Source of the DNA: Myxococcota bacterium | Lineage (GTDB): Bacteria > Myxococcota_A > UBA9160 > UBA6930 | Direction: 5' to 3' | Assembly (NCBI GenBank): GCA_965223705.1 | Contig: OZ245015.1 | Span: forward strand, 3,424,001-3,488,000 | DNA: 64,000 nucleotides | Shown: in pieces, positions 37,791-47,023 of the stretch | Layout of the letters: every line of letters starts with the position of its first letter | Numbering within the stretch: the stretch's first letter is position 1 | The notes under the pieces: model-generated | Seen by the model: only the letters and a program-made list of their open reading frames with translations | Databases searched by the model: none | What the model was told of the DNA's origin: nothing | Position numbers and translations under genes: made by a program

Positions 37791-38990
37791 GTGGAACTAG
37801 ATTCTCGTCCCTACCGATGGGTCGTCCTCGTTATCGCGGTCGCGATGAACGCCGTGCCGGCCGGCATGGCCTGGACCTACGTCGCATTGGTCGCGTCCCC
37901 CCTCGTCACCGATTTCGGACGCGGCTTTGAGGACTGGGGAGCGCTTTGGTCGACGATCTCGCTGGGCGCCATGGCCTCGGCGGTCATCGGAGGCGCGTTG
38001 GGCGACCGCTACGGCGTCCGGCAAGTGGTTGGCGTTGGCGGCCTCTTGATGGCAACGACGTTGTTCGTGCGGAGCGAGGCCCAGTCCTACGCAGTCCTGC
38101 TCGCAAGCATGGGCGTGTTTGGCCTCTCCCTCGGTTGTGTCATGCCAAACCTCTCAAAAACCATCGGTCTCTGGTTCCCCGCTCGGGAACTCGGAATGGC
38201 GAACGGGTTCGCGCTGGGCGGAAACGGTGCGGGCATCGCTCTCGGTGCAATCTTCACCCCCTACTGGGTCTCCGCCGCGGGCGGTTGGCGACCCGTTACC
38301 GCCGGGATCGCTTGGGTCGTGGCGATCTTGTCCGTGCTGTGGCTGATCGGGATCCGAAATAGAGCGACCGCTGACGCGCCGAGGCAAGGCCTCTTCGATG
38401 GCCTTCGGCGCGTGATGCGCGTGCGCGACGTCTGGATCCTCGCGGCCTGCTACCTGCTGTTCCTGGGTGGCTACTTGGGGGCCTACGGTTACGCACCGAC
38501 GTACTTCGTGCAGGAGCAAGGCTTCAGCTCGGAGCGAGCTGGATTGATGATCTCGTTGGTGTTGTGGGCCTTCGTCGCCGGCGCGCTGCTGCTTCCCGCA
38601 TGGTCCGATCGCATCGGAGTTCGTCGAACGGTGTTCGCGCCGGCGATGGTCCTCGCGGGCGCCATGCTGTTTCTTTCTGCGCTACCGACCGGACCGAGCC
38701 TGGCCGTGGCGCTCGTCTGCTGGGGACTCGCGGCGGGAGTCGTGCCCCTGTTGTTCGTCGCACCGCTAGAGATGCCGCGAGTGGGCCCCGAACTCGGCGG
38801 GGCGGCGGTGGGAATGGCGCTGACGGCGGGGTTCCTCGGCGGGTTTATCATGCCCCTCGTGGGTTTGCCGCTCGTCGCCAAGCATCCGCTTCTGGGCTTC
38901 GCCTTTTGGGGCGCCTGCTACGCGGCCGCCGGATTGTTGTTCCTCGCGCTGCGGGAGACCGGCCCCGGAGAAAACCCCAGAGTTCCTTGA
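37791..38990 (+). CDS. MFS transporter
   Basis: About 12 hydrophobic segments, motif A 'GALGDRYGVR', 'WFPARELGMANG', 'SDRIGVRR'. Start uncertain. Confidence 0.88.
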   Translation: MELDSRPYRWVVLVIAVAMNAVPAGMAWTYVALVASPLVTDFGRGFEDWGALWSTISLGAMASAVIGGALGDRYGVRQVVGVGGLLMATTLFVRSEAQSYAVLLASMGVFGLSLGCVMPNLSKTIGLWFPARELGMANGFALGGNGAGIALGAIFTPYWVSAAGGWRPVTAGIAWVVAILSVLWLIGIRNRATADAPRQGLFDGLRRVMRVRDVWILAACYLLFLGGYLGAYGYAPTYFVQEQGFSSERAGLMISLVLWAFVAGALLLPAWSDRIGVRRTVFAPAMVLAGAMLFLSALPTGPSLAVALVCWGLAAGVVPLLFVAPLEMPRVGPELGGAAVGMALTAGFLGGFIMPLVGLPLVAKHPLLGFAFWGACYAAAGLLFLALRETGPGENPRVP

Positions 38991-39002
38991 GGAGAAAAAG
39001 CG

Positions 39003-39854
39003 TTGCTCCAGTGGAAAATCGGAAACGTGACGATCACGCGGATCGTCGAACTCTCCGCGCCGACTTCGGTGCGCTTCATGTTCGACGGGGTCAGCAAGTC
39101 GGACCTTTTGTCCATCGACTGGTTGCATCCGCATTTCGTGACCGCCGAGGGTCACATGCTCTTCAGCATCCACGCCTTGCTGATCGAGTCCGAAGGCCGT
39201 CGGATTATCGTCGACACGTGTCTCGGGAACGACAAGGAGCGCTTGGTCGACGGCTGGGGTATGCGCAGCGGTCCGTTTCTCGACGATATTGCCGCGGCGG
39301 GCTTCCCCCGCGACCGCATCGACACCGTGCTCTGCACGCACCTGCACGTCGACCACGTCGGTTGGAACACCATGCTCGAAGATGGGCAATGGGTGCCGAC
39401 TTTCCCCAATGCCGAGTACCTGTTCGCGAAGGAGGAGTGGGCTTACTGGAGCGAACACGAGCAGACCGAGTTCGGACCGGTCGTTCAAGACTCGGTTCGC
39501 CCGATCGTCGACGCGGGTCTCGCCAAGCTCGTCGAGATGGACCATCGCCTGACTGACGAGGTCTGGCTCGAACCGACCCCCGGTCACACACCGGGACACA
39601 TCAGCGTTCGCATCCGCTCGGAGGGACGAGACGCCATCATCACCGGCGACATGACCCACCACCCGTGCCAGATGAAGCACCCGGAATGGGCGGCCCGTGC
39701 GGACTACGACCCGGTCCAGTCGACGGCCACCCGACGCGCGTTCTACGAGCGTTATGCCGACCAGCCGGTGCTCATCATCGGCACCCACTTCGCAACGCCG
39801 ACCGCCGGTCACGTGGTGCGCGATGGCAATGCCTATCGCTTCGATGTGGATTAG
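39003..39854 (+). CDS. MBL-fold metallo-hydrolase
   Basis: 'THLHVDHVGWNT', 'PGHTPGH', 'GD..HHP', 'HF'. TTG follows GAGGAG. Confidence 0.92.
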   Translation: MLQWKIGNVTITRIVELSAPTSVRFMFDGVSKSDLLSIDWLHPHFVTAEGHMLFSIHALLIESEGRRIIVDTCLGNDKERLVDGWGMRSGPFLDDIAAAGFPRDRIDTVLCTHLHVDHVGWNTMLEDGQWVPTFPNAEYLFAKEEWAYWSEHEQTEFGPVVQDSVRPIVDAGLAKLVEMDHRLTDEVWLEPTPGHTPGHISVRIRSEGRDAIITGDMTHHPCQMKHPEWAARADYDPVQSTATRRAFYERYADQPVLIIGTHFATPTAGHVVRDGNAYRFDVD

Positions 39855-39862
39855 GAGGGCGC

Positions 39863-40918
39863 ATGTCACACGCCATCGATTTCGGTCTCTTGCTGGCTTT
39901 TCGCAACCCGCCTCAATGGGCGCAGCCCCGGGAGCAGCTCTACGAAGATCACATCGAGCAGGCGGTCTACGCCGAGGCTCTCGGTTACGACACCGTGTGG
40001 ACCACGGAGCATCACTTTGCGGAAGACGAGTGGTCACCGTCGCTACTTCCGATACTCGCGGCGATGGCGGCGCGCACCACGACGATTCGCCTCGGCACAT
40101 TTTTGATCGTCCTCCCGTTTCACCATCCGGTCCGCGTGGCAGAGGACGCGGCGACGGTGGACATCATCTCGAAAGGGCGCCTGGAGCTCGGCCTGGGTCT
40201 CGGCTACTGGCTCAGTGAATTCGCGAGCTTCAATATTCCGCGCAACCAGCGCGTCCCACGATTGCGCGAGGGCATCGAGATCATTCAGAAGTGCTTCACC
40301 GAAGAATCGTTCTCGTATGAGGGCCGCTTCAACACCCTCCGCCAAATCGAGATGCGGCCCAAGCCCGTTCAGCAGCCGCACCCGCCGATCTGGATCGGAG
40401 CGATGATGGAGAAGTCCGTGCGGCGTACCGCCGAACTGGGGTGCCACCTCGCCGGTAGTGGGGGCGCCGATCTACAACAGATGTACGACCGCGCGCTGGT
40501 CGAGCTCGGCAAAGACGTTAAGGCTCACAAGATCTCGCAGCTGCGTGCTGTCTACATCGCGGAGACCCGCGACGAGGCCTGGGACGACGCCCAGGATCAC
40601 CTGCACTACATGATGAGCAGCTACGATAAACGCTACAAGGAAGCGGACGACCTACCCTGGGCGAAAGAGACGATGACCGCGCCGGAAGTGCCGCCTCCCG
40701 CGGAGCTTCGTCACCTGAAGGACCTGTCCTTCTTCCAAGCTCCGCTCATCGTCGGGACTCCCGACGATGCGATTGCCGAGATCGAACGCTACCGCGCCGA
40801 GACGCGCGTGACGCACCTCGTGATGTGGATGCAGCTTCCCGGTCTGCCCGCGGAAAAGGCGCGGCGCTCTATGGAGCTTTTCGCGAAAGAAGTCATGCCT
40901 CACTTCGCGATAGGATGA
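39863..40918 (+). CDS. LLM-class flavin-dependent oxidoreductase
   Basis: 'WTTEHHF', 'HPVRVAEDAATVDIISKGR', 'PKPVQQPHPPIW', 'SMELFAKEVMP'. Confidence 0.92.
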   Translation: MSHAIDFGLLLAFRNPPQWAQPREQLYEDHIEQAVYAEALGYDTVWTTEHHFAEDEWSPSLLPILAAMAARTTTIRLGTFLIVLPFHHPVRVAEDAATVDIISKGRLELGLGLGYWLSEFASFNIPRNQRVPRLREGIEIIQKCFTEESFSYEGRFNTLRQIEMRPKPVQQPHPPIWIGAMMEKSVRRTAELGCHLAGSGGADLQQMYDRALVELGKDVKAHKISQLRAVYIAETRDEAWDDAQDHLHYMMSSYDKRYKEADDLPWAKETMTAPEVPPPAELRHLKDLSFFQAPLIVGTPDDAIAEIERYRAETRVTHLVMWMQLPGLPAEKARRSMELFAKEVMPHFAIG

Positions 40919-40922
40919 TCTG

Positions 40923-41390
40923 ATGCACTCCTTTGAAGACGAGTTCGCGATTCGACGGCTGATGGATCAATACGGCGCGGGCGTCGACGAGCGGGACTGG
41001 GACGCGTGGTCGACGATCTTCGACGATCCGCTCGCTACGGATTTCTCGGGAATCGATCCCGCTTTTGCGCCAGCCACGGTATCGCGCGCCGATCATGTGG
41101 CCGGGGCGCGGTCCGTGATCGACCAGTTCGACGCCACCCAGCACATGATCACGAACGTTCAGGTGAGCTTCGAAGGGGATGAAGCGAAGGCCAGGGCCGT
41201 GATGCGTGCGGAACACTGGTTGAGTGGTCTGCGCGGGCCGGCGCGCTACACGATGTTCGGCGTGTACGAAAACAGGTTCAGACGCCGTTCCGCGGGATGG
41301 GTCATTTCCAGCCTGGCGCTGCGTATCACCCGCGACGAGGGAAACCTCGATGTCTGGGCCGAGGCGATCCGCCGCGCCACCGCCGCTTGA
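40923..41390 (+). CDS. NTF2-like / SnoaL_4 protein
   Basis: 'IRRLMDQYGAGVDERDW', 'ATQHMITN', 'GVYENRFRR...W'. Confidence 0.88.
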   Translation: MHSFEDEFAIRRLMDQYGAGVDERDWDAWSTIFDDPLATDFSGIDPAFAPATVSRADHVAGARSVIDQFDATQHMITNVQVSFEGDEAKARAVMRAEHWLSGLRGPARYTMFGVYENRFRRRSAGWVISSLALRITRDEGNLDVWAEAIRRATAA

Positions 41391-41415
41391 ACCTGAGTGC
41401 GTGTGAGGTAGAAAG

Positions 41416-41499
41416 ATGACTTCGATCTTGATCACGGGTTGCACGTCGGGAATCGGGGAAAAGGCAGCGGTCGCCCTTGCGCGGGCCGAGGACGACTAG
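41416..41499 (+). pseudogene. 5' stub of an SDR gene
   Basis: GAGG then ATG gives MTSILITGCTSGIGEKAAVALARAEDD*. The TGxxxGIG Rossmann start is intact, then the frame stops after 27 aa. Confidence 0.75.
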
Positions 41500-41542
41500 A
41501 ACAGGCTCCTCGTCTCGGTCTCCAGCTTGAGCGCTCCCCGCG

Positions 41543-42970
41543 TCAACCCGATGCTCGTGTGAGCTCGGGTCGCGCGCGATGCCAATCCGTTGCGCACTGA
41601 AAAGCGTGCACGGTGTTGAGCACCCGACCCTCGGCAAAGGCCGGCCCCACGATCTGCAGGCTTACCGGCAAGCCGTCCGAGTCCCGGCCGCACGGCGCGA
41701 CAACGGCCGGGAGACCCGTGAGATTGAACGGCTCGGTGTTGCGGAGCAACGCGCCAAACACGCTGTCGTCTACGCCGTTGACCTCGACCGTCGCCTGGCC
41801 CATGGGCGTCGCGGTAATCGGCGTCGCGGGCGTCGCGATCACGTCGACGTCCGAGAACAGCCGAGCCAGCTCTTTCCCGAAGAGCGTGCGAAACCGCTGC
41901 GCGTGAAGGTAGTCCTTCGCGAGCAGTTGATCGCCCAGCTCGAGGAAGGCCCGCACCTGTTCGCTGTACAGCTCGGCGCGGTCGCCGAGCGTGTCGTCGT
42001 GATAGGCCGTCGCTTCGGCGAGGTAGATCGCAAGCGCCGCACCGGCGGCATGCTCCGCGTTGGCCACGGCGATCGGCACAAGTCGCGCGCCCTGCGCCAC
42101 GAGCACTTCGAGGGCGTTGTCCACGCAGGCGACGACCTCGGCCTGCGCCCGATCGAAGAACATCGAACGGGGCACACCGATTCGCAGCCCTGACACATCA
42201 CCCGTCAACTGCGTGCCGTAGTCCGGGACCGGCGCCGCTGACGTAGCCTCGTCGGCCGGGTCTTGACCCGCAACCGCCTGCAAGAAAAGCGCTGCGTCGC
42301 GGGCCGAATGCGCTAGCGGCCCGGTGTGGTCCATGCTCCAGCACAGGGGCAATACCCCGGCGCGTGACACGCGCCCGTAGGTCGGCTTGAGACCGGTGAG
42401 GCCGCACAGGGATGACGGCATGCGGATGGATCCACCGGTGTCACTACCGCTCGCGATTGGAACCAGACCTGCCGCGACGGCGGCGCCCGATCCACCGCTT
42501 GAACCGCCAGAAATGCGGGACGTATCCCACGGATTCGCTACCGGCCCGAACATCGACACCTCGTTGGTCGGTCCGTACGCGAACTCGTGGGTGTTCGTCT
42601 TGCCGATCGTGATCATGCCGGCTTCACGCAGCCGCTTGACGACGGTGGCGTCCTCGCTCGGGACATGGTTCTCGAGGACCCGAGAACCGCCTGTCGTGCG
42701 CAGGCCCGCCGTGGCGTACAAATCCTTGTGTGCGACAGGGACCCCGTGCAGAGCGCCTCGATACGCTCCGTCGCCGATGCTCCGTTCCGCCTTCCGCGCG
42801 GCCGACAAGGCGCCTTCGGCGTCAATCGTGACGAGTGCATTCAGCGAATCGTTCAACGCCTCGGTGCGATCGAGACAAGCCTGAGTGACCTCGACCGGTG
42901 AAACCTCGCGCGCCTCAATCAGTTGAGCCAGCTCATGCACTTCGAGGGCTGCCAACTCAGTCGCTTTCAT
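41543..42970 (-). CDS. Amidase signature family enzyme (AtzE/GatA-like)
   Basis: 'HGVPVAHKD', 'GKTNTHEFAYG', 'GGSSGGS', 'GSDTGGSIRMPS'. ATG 42970. Confidence 0.93.
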   Translation of the reverse strand: MKATELAALEVHELAQLIEAREVSPVEVTQACLDRTEALNDSLNALVTIDAEGALSAARKAERSIGDGAYRGALHGVPVAHKDLYATAGLRTTGGSRVLENHVPSEDATVVKRLREAGMITIGKTNTHEFAYGPTNEVSMFGPVANPWDTSRISGGSSGGSGAAVAAGLVPIASGSDTGGSIRMPSSLCGLTGLKPTYGRVSRAGVLPLCWSMDHTGPLAHSARDAALFLQAVAGQDPADEATSAAPVPDYGTQLTGDVSGLRIGVPRSMFFDRAQAEVVACVDNALEVLVAQGARLVPIAVANAEHAAGAALAIYLAEATAYHDDTLGDRAELYSEQVRAFLELGDQLLAKDYLHAQRFRTLFGKELARLFSDVDVIATPATPITATPMGQATVEVNGVDDSVFGALLRNTEPFNLTGLPAVVAPCGRDSDGLPVSLQIVGPAFAEGRVLNTVHAFQCATDWHRARPELTRASG

Positions 42971-43166
42971 CGGTCGCCTCCGGGCGAAAAACGGTCGCCG
43001 GTTCGACTTCTTTGAGCGGCAAGGCGCGCAAACCATCGAGTAGCTGCAGGATGGGCTCAAACGCTTCGGCGTATGCCGCAGCGCGCGCCGCTTCGATCGG
43101 GTGACCCGCGTTCTCCGCGGCGACCCGCGCAATCGTTTCGGCCGTGATGGCCTTCCGTCGTTCCAT
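42957..43166 (-). CDS. Small amidase partner (AtzG/GatC-like)
   Basis: 69-aa helical protein ending 'EVEPATVFRP', overlapping the amidase start. Confidence 0.7.
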   Translation of the reverse strand: MERRKAITAETIARVAAENAGHPIEAARAAAYAEAFEPILQLLDGLRALPLKEVEPATVFRPEATDESD

Positions 43167-43174
43167 ACGCGTTC

Positions 43175-43330
43175 TCAACTCGCCCAACCGAGTTCTCGGC
43201 TCAAGAGGTGAATACTGGCGGTAGCACTCGGCCGCCCGCCCGCGCTCTCTTCTTGCATCAAATCGATTTTCTCTTCCGAGAACATGCGAACGACCCGAGG
43301 GTTCGGGCCGTAGGATTCGATGAGCTTCAT
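43175..43330 (-). pseudogene. 5' stub of a glutathione S-transferase gene
   Basis: GAGG then ATG gives 'MKLIESYGPNPRVVRMF.EEK.IDLM', a GST N-terminus, followed by loss of similarity and a stop at 51 aa. Confidence 0.65.
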
Positions 43331-43352
43331 GGTGTCCTCATGGGTTGATCGG

Positions 43353-44369
43353 TCAGGAAGTCCATGCCGAGAATGCGTTGATGATCGCTGCGTGATTGGC
43401 CTTCGTCTGTTCCGGCAGGACAGAAAACGTCGGCGAGTAAAGAAGAAGCGTGTCGACGAGGCCCTCGAAGGCTCGCGCTTGTCGCCGCACGTCATCCGGA
43501 GTGCCGGCCAACGCAAGGGTTTCGACCATATCGTCCGTCACGCTGTCGATCATCGTTTCGACGTCAGCGGCGGCGAACGCGCCCCGGATCTTTTCCTTCG
43601 CGTCGCCGAACCCCAGCGGATCGAGCACGATGTCGAAATAGGGAAGCGTGGCGTAGAACGCGATCGCGTGTCGCGCGAGGCGCCGCGCCGCGGCCGCATC
43701 GCTATCCACCGCACAGATCTTGAGGGTGGTGTACTCAAACGCTTCCTCGTCCCTTCCCGCGCGCGCTAGACCGCGCTGGACGTTCGGGCGCGCGATCTCT
43801 TTAAAGTACTGCGGCGTATTCAGGGTGTTGGCGATCAGCCCGTTGGCGACTTCGCCGCAGAGCTGCAGCATGTTCGGTTGGACCGCCGCCAGATAGATCG
43901 GAACCTCGGGAAAGGGCGCCGGGATGAAACGGTGGTATCCGCGGACTCGGATGATCTTGCCGTCGTAGTCGACGGGGTCGTTGAGAGAGCCGGTCCACAT
44001 CGTGCGGATGCAAGCGATGTAATCGCGCATGCGCGCGACCGGCTGCGTGACCTCGAGCCCGTGCCAGTCTGCGTTCCACGCCGGCGGCGCGGTGCCGAGA
44101 CCGAGAATGAAATTCTGGTTCGTCAGTTCCGCCATGGTCTGCGCCGCCGTCTCGGCCAGCATCGGCGGGCGGGCAAACGTGGCGACGGCCGTGCCGTAGC
44201 GCACGCCGGGCGCAACGCTCACCATGGCAGCGAGCGGTGTGAACGCGTCCCGTCCGAGCTCGGTCGTCCACAGGCTGTCCACGCCAGCGTCGGCTGCGTC
44301 CAGCGCGTAAGCGAGACATTCGTCGAGGCTCAAATTCTCACCGGAAAAGACGAGGCCCCACTTGAGCAT
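43353..44369 (-). CDS. LLM-class oxidoreductase (Mer-like, possibly F420-dependent)
   Basis: 'LWTTE..RDAF', 'FILGLG', 'PIYLAAVQPNML.LCGEVANG', 'LALAGTPDDV'. Confidence 0.88.
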   Translation of the reverse strand: MLKWGLVFSGENLSLDECLAYALDAADAGVDSLWTTELGRDAFTPLAAMVSVAPGVRYGTAVATFARPPMLAETAAQTMAELTNQNFILGLGTAPPAWNADWHGLEVTQPVARMRDYIACIRTMWTGSLNDPVDYDGKIIRVRGYHRFIPAPFPEVPIYLAAVQPNMLQLCGEVANGLIANTLNTPQYFKEIARPNVQRGLARAGRDEEAFEYTTLKICAVDSDAAAARRLARHAIAFYATLPYFDIVLDPLGFGDAKEKIRGAFAAADVETMIDSVTDDMVETLALAGTPDDVRRQARAFEGLVDTLLLYSPTFSVLPEQTKANHAAIINAFSAWTS

Positions 44370-44433
44370 GACGTGACTCCACCCTTCAGTCGCGCGGAGC
44401 TTGGCCTAGGAGCAACTCCGTTGCCAATGCGCT

Positions 44434-45300
44434 TCAGACGTCCGCGCTCTCGAGGACCGCAGCGCAAAGACGCACCAGCTCTTCGTGAGACGCGTCGGCG
44501 CTGCGTCCGCTGGTTTCGAGCTGGATGTCGGCCAAGCTGTAGCTCGGCTCTCGCTCCGCCAGGATGAGACGGAGATCGTCCATCGATCGAGCGTTCCCGC
44601 GCATCGGTCGCAGATCACCCTGCAGGACCACGCGTTGCATGTGATCTTCGGGGTCGGCCCGCAGCCAAACCGTGAGATACGCATCGCGAAGCCGAGCAAA
44701 CGTCGACGTCTCACTGACGAGGCTACCGCCCGCCTCTACCACGGCGCGGGGATGCTTTGCGATCGTGTCCTCGAGGGCCTCCCGTTCCAGGCGCCGATAC
44801 GCGCGTTGGCCGCCGACGGAGAACACTTCGTCGACCTCGAGCCCGCCGATGCGAACGATGAGATCGCTCAGACGCACAAACGGCACGCCGTGATGCTGGG
44901 CCAAGCGACGTCCGAGGGTCGTCTTGCCCGCGCCGCGCAGGCCGATGAGCGCGACGCCCTGCTTCGTTGGCGCTTTCCCTGCGAAGTGTTCGGAGAGGAG
45001 CTCATGCGCTTCGATTCGCTGCTCGGCCCCGAGGTTCGCGAGCAAGCGATCGAGCGCCGATTCCGCGTCGGCGCCCGACGGGCCCGTCGCGAGGATCGTA
45101 TCGAACGGGGCACCCATCGCTTCGGCGATTCGCCACAGGACACCCACCGAGGGGTTGGCTGCGCCCCGCTCGAGGTCGGCCAGATAGCGCTCTGAAACGT
45201 CGGCGTGGACGGAAAGATCGCGGCGCGTCATTCCGCGTGCGGCCCGGAAGCCGCGGATACGCTCGCCCAGGTGTCGGAGATGGGCCTCTACCGAACTCAT
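44434..45300 (-). CDS. boxR: BoxR/BzdR-type regulator (XRE HTH + shikimate-kinase-like domain)
   Basis: 'GMTRRDLS..ADVSERYLADLERG..NPS', P-loop 'LIGLRGAGKTTLG', 'HMQRVVLQGDLRPM'. Divergent from boxC. Confidence 0.9.
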   Translation of the reverse strand: MSSVEAHLRHLGERIRGFRAARGMTRRDLSVHADVSERYLADLERGAANPSVGVLWRIAEAMGAPFDTILATGPSGADAESALDRLLANLGAEQRIEAHELLSEHFAGKAPTKQGVALIGLRGAGKTTLGRRLAQHHGVPFVRLSDLIVRIGGLEVDEVFSVGGQRAYRRLEREALEDTIAKHPRAVVEAGGSLVSETSTFARLRDAYLTVWLRADPEDHMQRVVLQGDLRPMRGNARSMDDLRLILAEREPSYSLADIQLETSGRSADASHEELVRLCAAVLESADV

Positions 45301-45302
45301 TG

Positions 45303-45334
45303 GCGATATAATGCCGAACATGTATTATATTGCA
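45303..45334. promoter_or_regulatory. Putative BoxR operator / overlapping divergent promoters
   Basis: Inverted repeat ATATAAT-N11-ATTATAT (45306-45330), giving TATAAT on both strands, followed by TGCA. Confidence 0.55.
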
Positions 45335-45356
45335 ACTTCGGATCGAGGTAATCAGG

Positions 45357-47000
45357 TTGGCCCAGCGAATCGCCTTCGACACCCATCCTTCCAAATACCG
45401 CCATTGGCAACTCCGCGTCGCCGAGGGCATCGCCACCCTCGCGATGGCGGTCGACGAAACCGGGGCGCTCGCCGAAGACGCGGACTACGAGCTCAAACTG
45501 AACAGCTACGACCTCGGCGTCGACATCGAGTTGGCCGATGCGCTGGAGCGGATCCGGTTCGAACAACCCGACGTGCGCGCGCTCGTGATTCGCAGCGCCC
45601 GCGACAACGTGTTCTGCTCCGGCGCGAACATCTACATGCTGCGCGATACGAGCCACGGACTGAAAGTGAACTTCTGCAAGTTCACGAACGAGACACGTCT
45701 CTACCTGGAAGAGCTCTCCGCCGAGAGTCGCATTCCAACCATCGCCGCACTGAACGGCACGGCATCGGGGGGAGGCTACGAACTCGCCCTAGCGTGCGAC
45801 AAGATTCTGTTGCAAGACGATGGGAACAGCGCCGTCAGTCTCCCGGAAGTTCCGCTGCTCGGTGTGCTCCCTGGAACGGGAGGGCTTACGCGCTTGGTGG
45901 ACAAGCGAAAGGTCCGGCGCGATCGCGCCGACTTCTTCTCCACTACCGCGGAAGGAGTACGCGGTAAACGCGCCGTCGCCTGGGGGCTCGTCGACGCGGC
46001 GGCTCCGAAGAGCCGCTTTGAAGACGCGCTGGAAGAAATCGTCGGCAACCTGGTTGCGGGCATCCCGGAACGCGATGAGCCCGGTATCGAGCTGACGCCC
46101 CTCAACCCGACGCGCGGCGAAGGCGAGACGCGTTACCGCCACGTGAGTATTCGCCTGCGCGAGGGAGGCCGCGTCGCGGACCTCTGCGTTGAGGGTCCCG
46201 CCGAACCTCCGCCGAACCGGGTGGAGGACCTGCGCGCCATCGGCGCTGATGCGTGGTCGCTGCGCGCGTTCCGCGAATTGGATGACGCGGTTCTCGACCT
46301 GCGTCTGAACCATTCCGAGGTCGGTGTCGTCGTCCTGTCGACGCGGGGAGATCTCGATCGGGTGCGCTTGTGGGATGAAGCGCTGGCGAAATTCGCGCAA
46401 GACGATTGGTTCGCGCGCGAGATCCTTCTCCACGCGCGCCGCGTGCTGAAGCGCGTCGATCAAAGCGCGCGCACGGTGTTCGCCTTGATCGAGCCCGGCT
46501 CTTGCTTTGCCGGATCTCTGTTCGAGCTGGCGCTCGCCGCGGACCGGAGCTTCATGCTCGACGAAGCTGACGGCCCACAGATCGCTCTGTCGCCGCTGTC
46601 CTTCGGTCCCCTGCCGATGGCGAATGGTCTGTCGCGTCTCGAGACGCGCTTTCTCGGAGAACCCGAACGCCTCGAGAAGCTTCGCGAGTCGACCGGGCCC
46701 CGGGGCGCCGCGGAAGCCCTCGACGCCGGGCTCGTCACCTTCGCACCCGACGACATCGACTGGGCGGACGAGGTGCGACTCGCGGTCGAAGAGCGCGCGT
46801 CCTTCTCGCCCGATGCCCTCACCGGTCTCGAAGCGAACCTGCGCTTTGCCGGACCCGAGACGATGGAAACCAAGATTTTCGGCCGCCTCAGCGCATGGCA
46901 GAATTGGATTTTCCAGCGCCCCAACGCGGTGGGCGAAGCCGGTGCACTGTCGCGCTACGGCTCCACCCAGCGACCCGAATTTGACACGCGGCGGACCTAG
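45357..47000 (+). CDS. boxC: 2,3-epoxybenzoyl-CoA dihydrolase
   Basis: 'YRHW', 'LKLNSYDLGVDIEL', 'FCSGANI', 'KVNFCKFTNETR', 'ETKIFGRLSAWQNWIFQRPNA'. TTG 45357 follows GAGG. Confidence 0.95.
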   Translation: MAQRIAFDTHPSKYRHWQLRVAEGIATLAMAVDETGALAEDADYELKLNSYDLGVDIELADALERIRFEQPDVRALVIRSARDNVFCSGANIYMLRDTSHGLKVNFCKFTNETRLYLEELSAESRIPTIAALNGTASGGGYELALACDKILLQDDGNSAVSLPEVPLLGVLPGTGGLTRLVDKRKVRRDRADFFSTTAEGVRGKRAVAWGLVDAAAPKSRFEDALEEIVGNLVAGIPERDEPGIELTPLNPTRGEGETRYRHVSIRLREGGRVADLCVEGPAEPPPNRVEDLRAIGADAWSLRAFRELDDAVLDLRLNHSEVGVVVLSTRGDLDRVRLWDEALAKFAQDDWFAREILLHARRVLKRVDQSARTVFALIEPGSCFAGSLFELALAADRSFMLDEADGPQIALSPLSFGPLPMANGLSRLETRFLGEPERLEKLRESTGPRGAAEALDAGLVTFAPDDIDWADEVRLAVEERASFSPDALTGLEANLRFAGPETMETKIFGRLSAWQNWIFQRPNAVGEAGALSRYGSTQRPEFDTRRT

Positions 47001-47023
47001 AAGTCGCGGAGGAACGTTACGCC

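Noticed and set aside
41543..43166. gatC-gatA of the tRNA amidotransferase
   Set aside because: No gatB follows, and 'HEFAYG' differs from the GatA-typical 'DEFAMG'.
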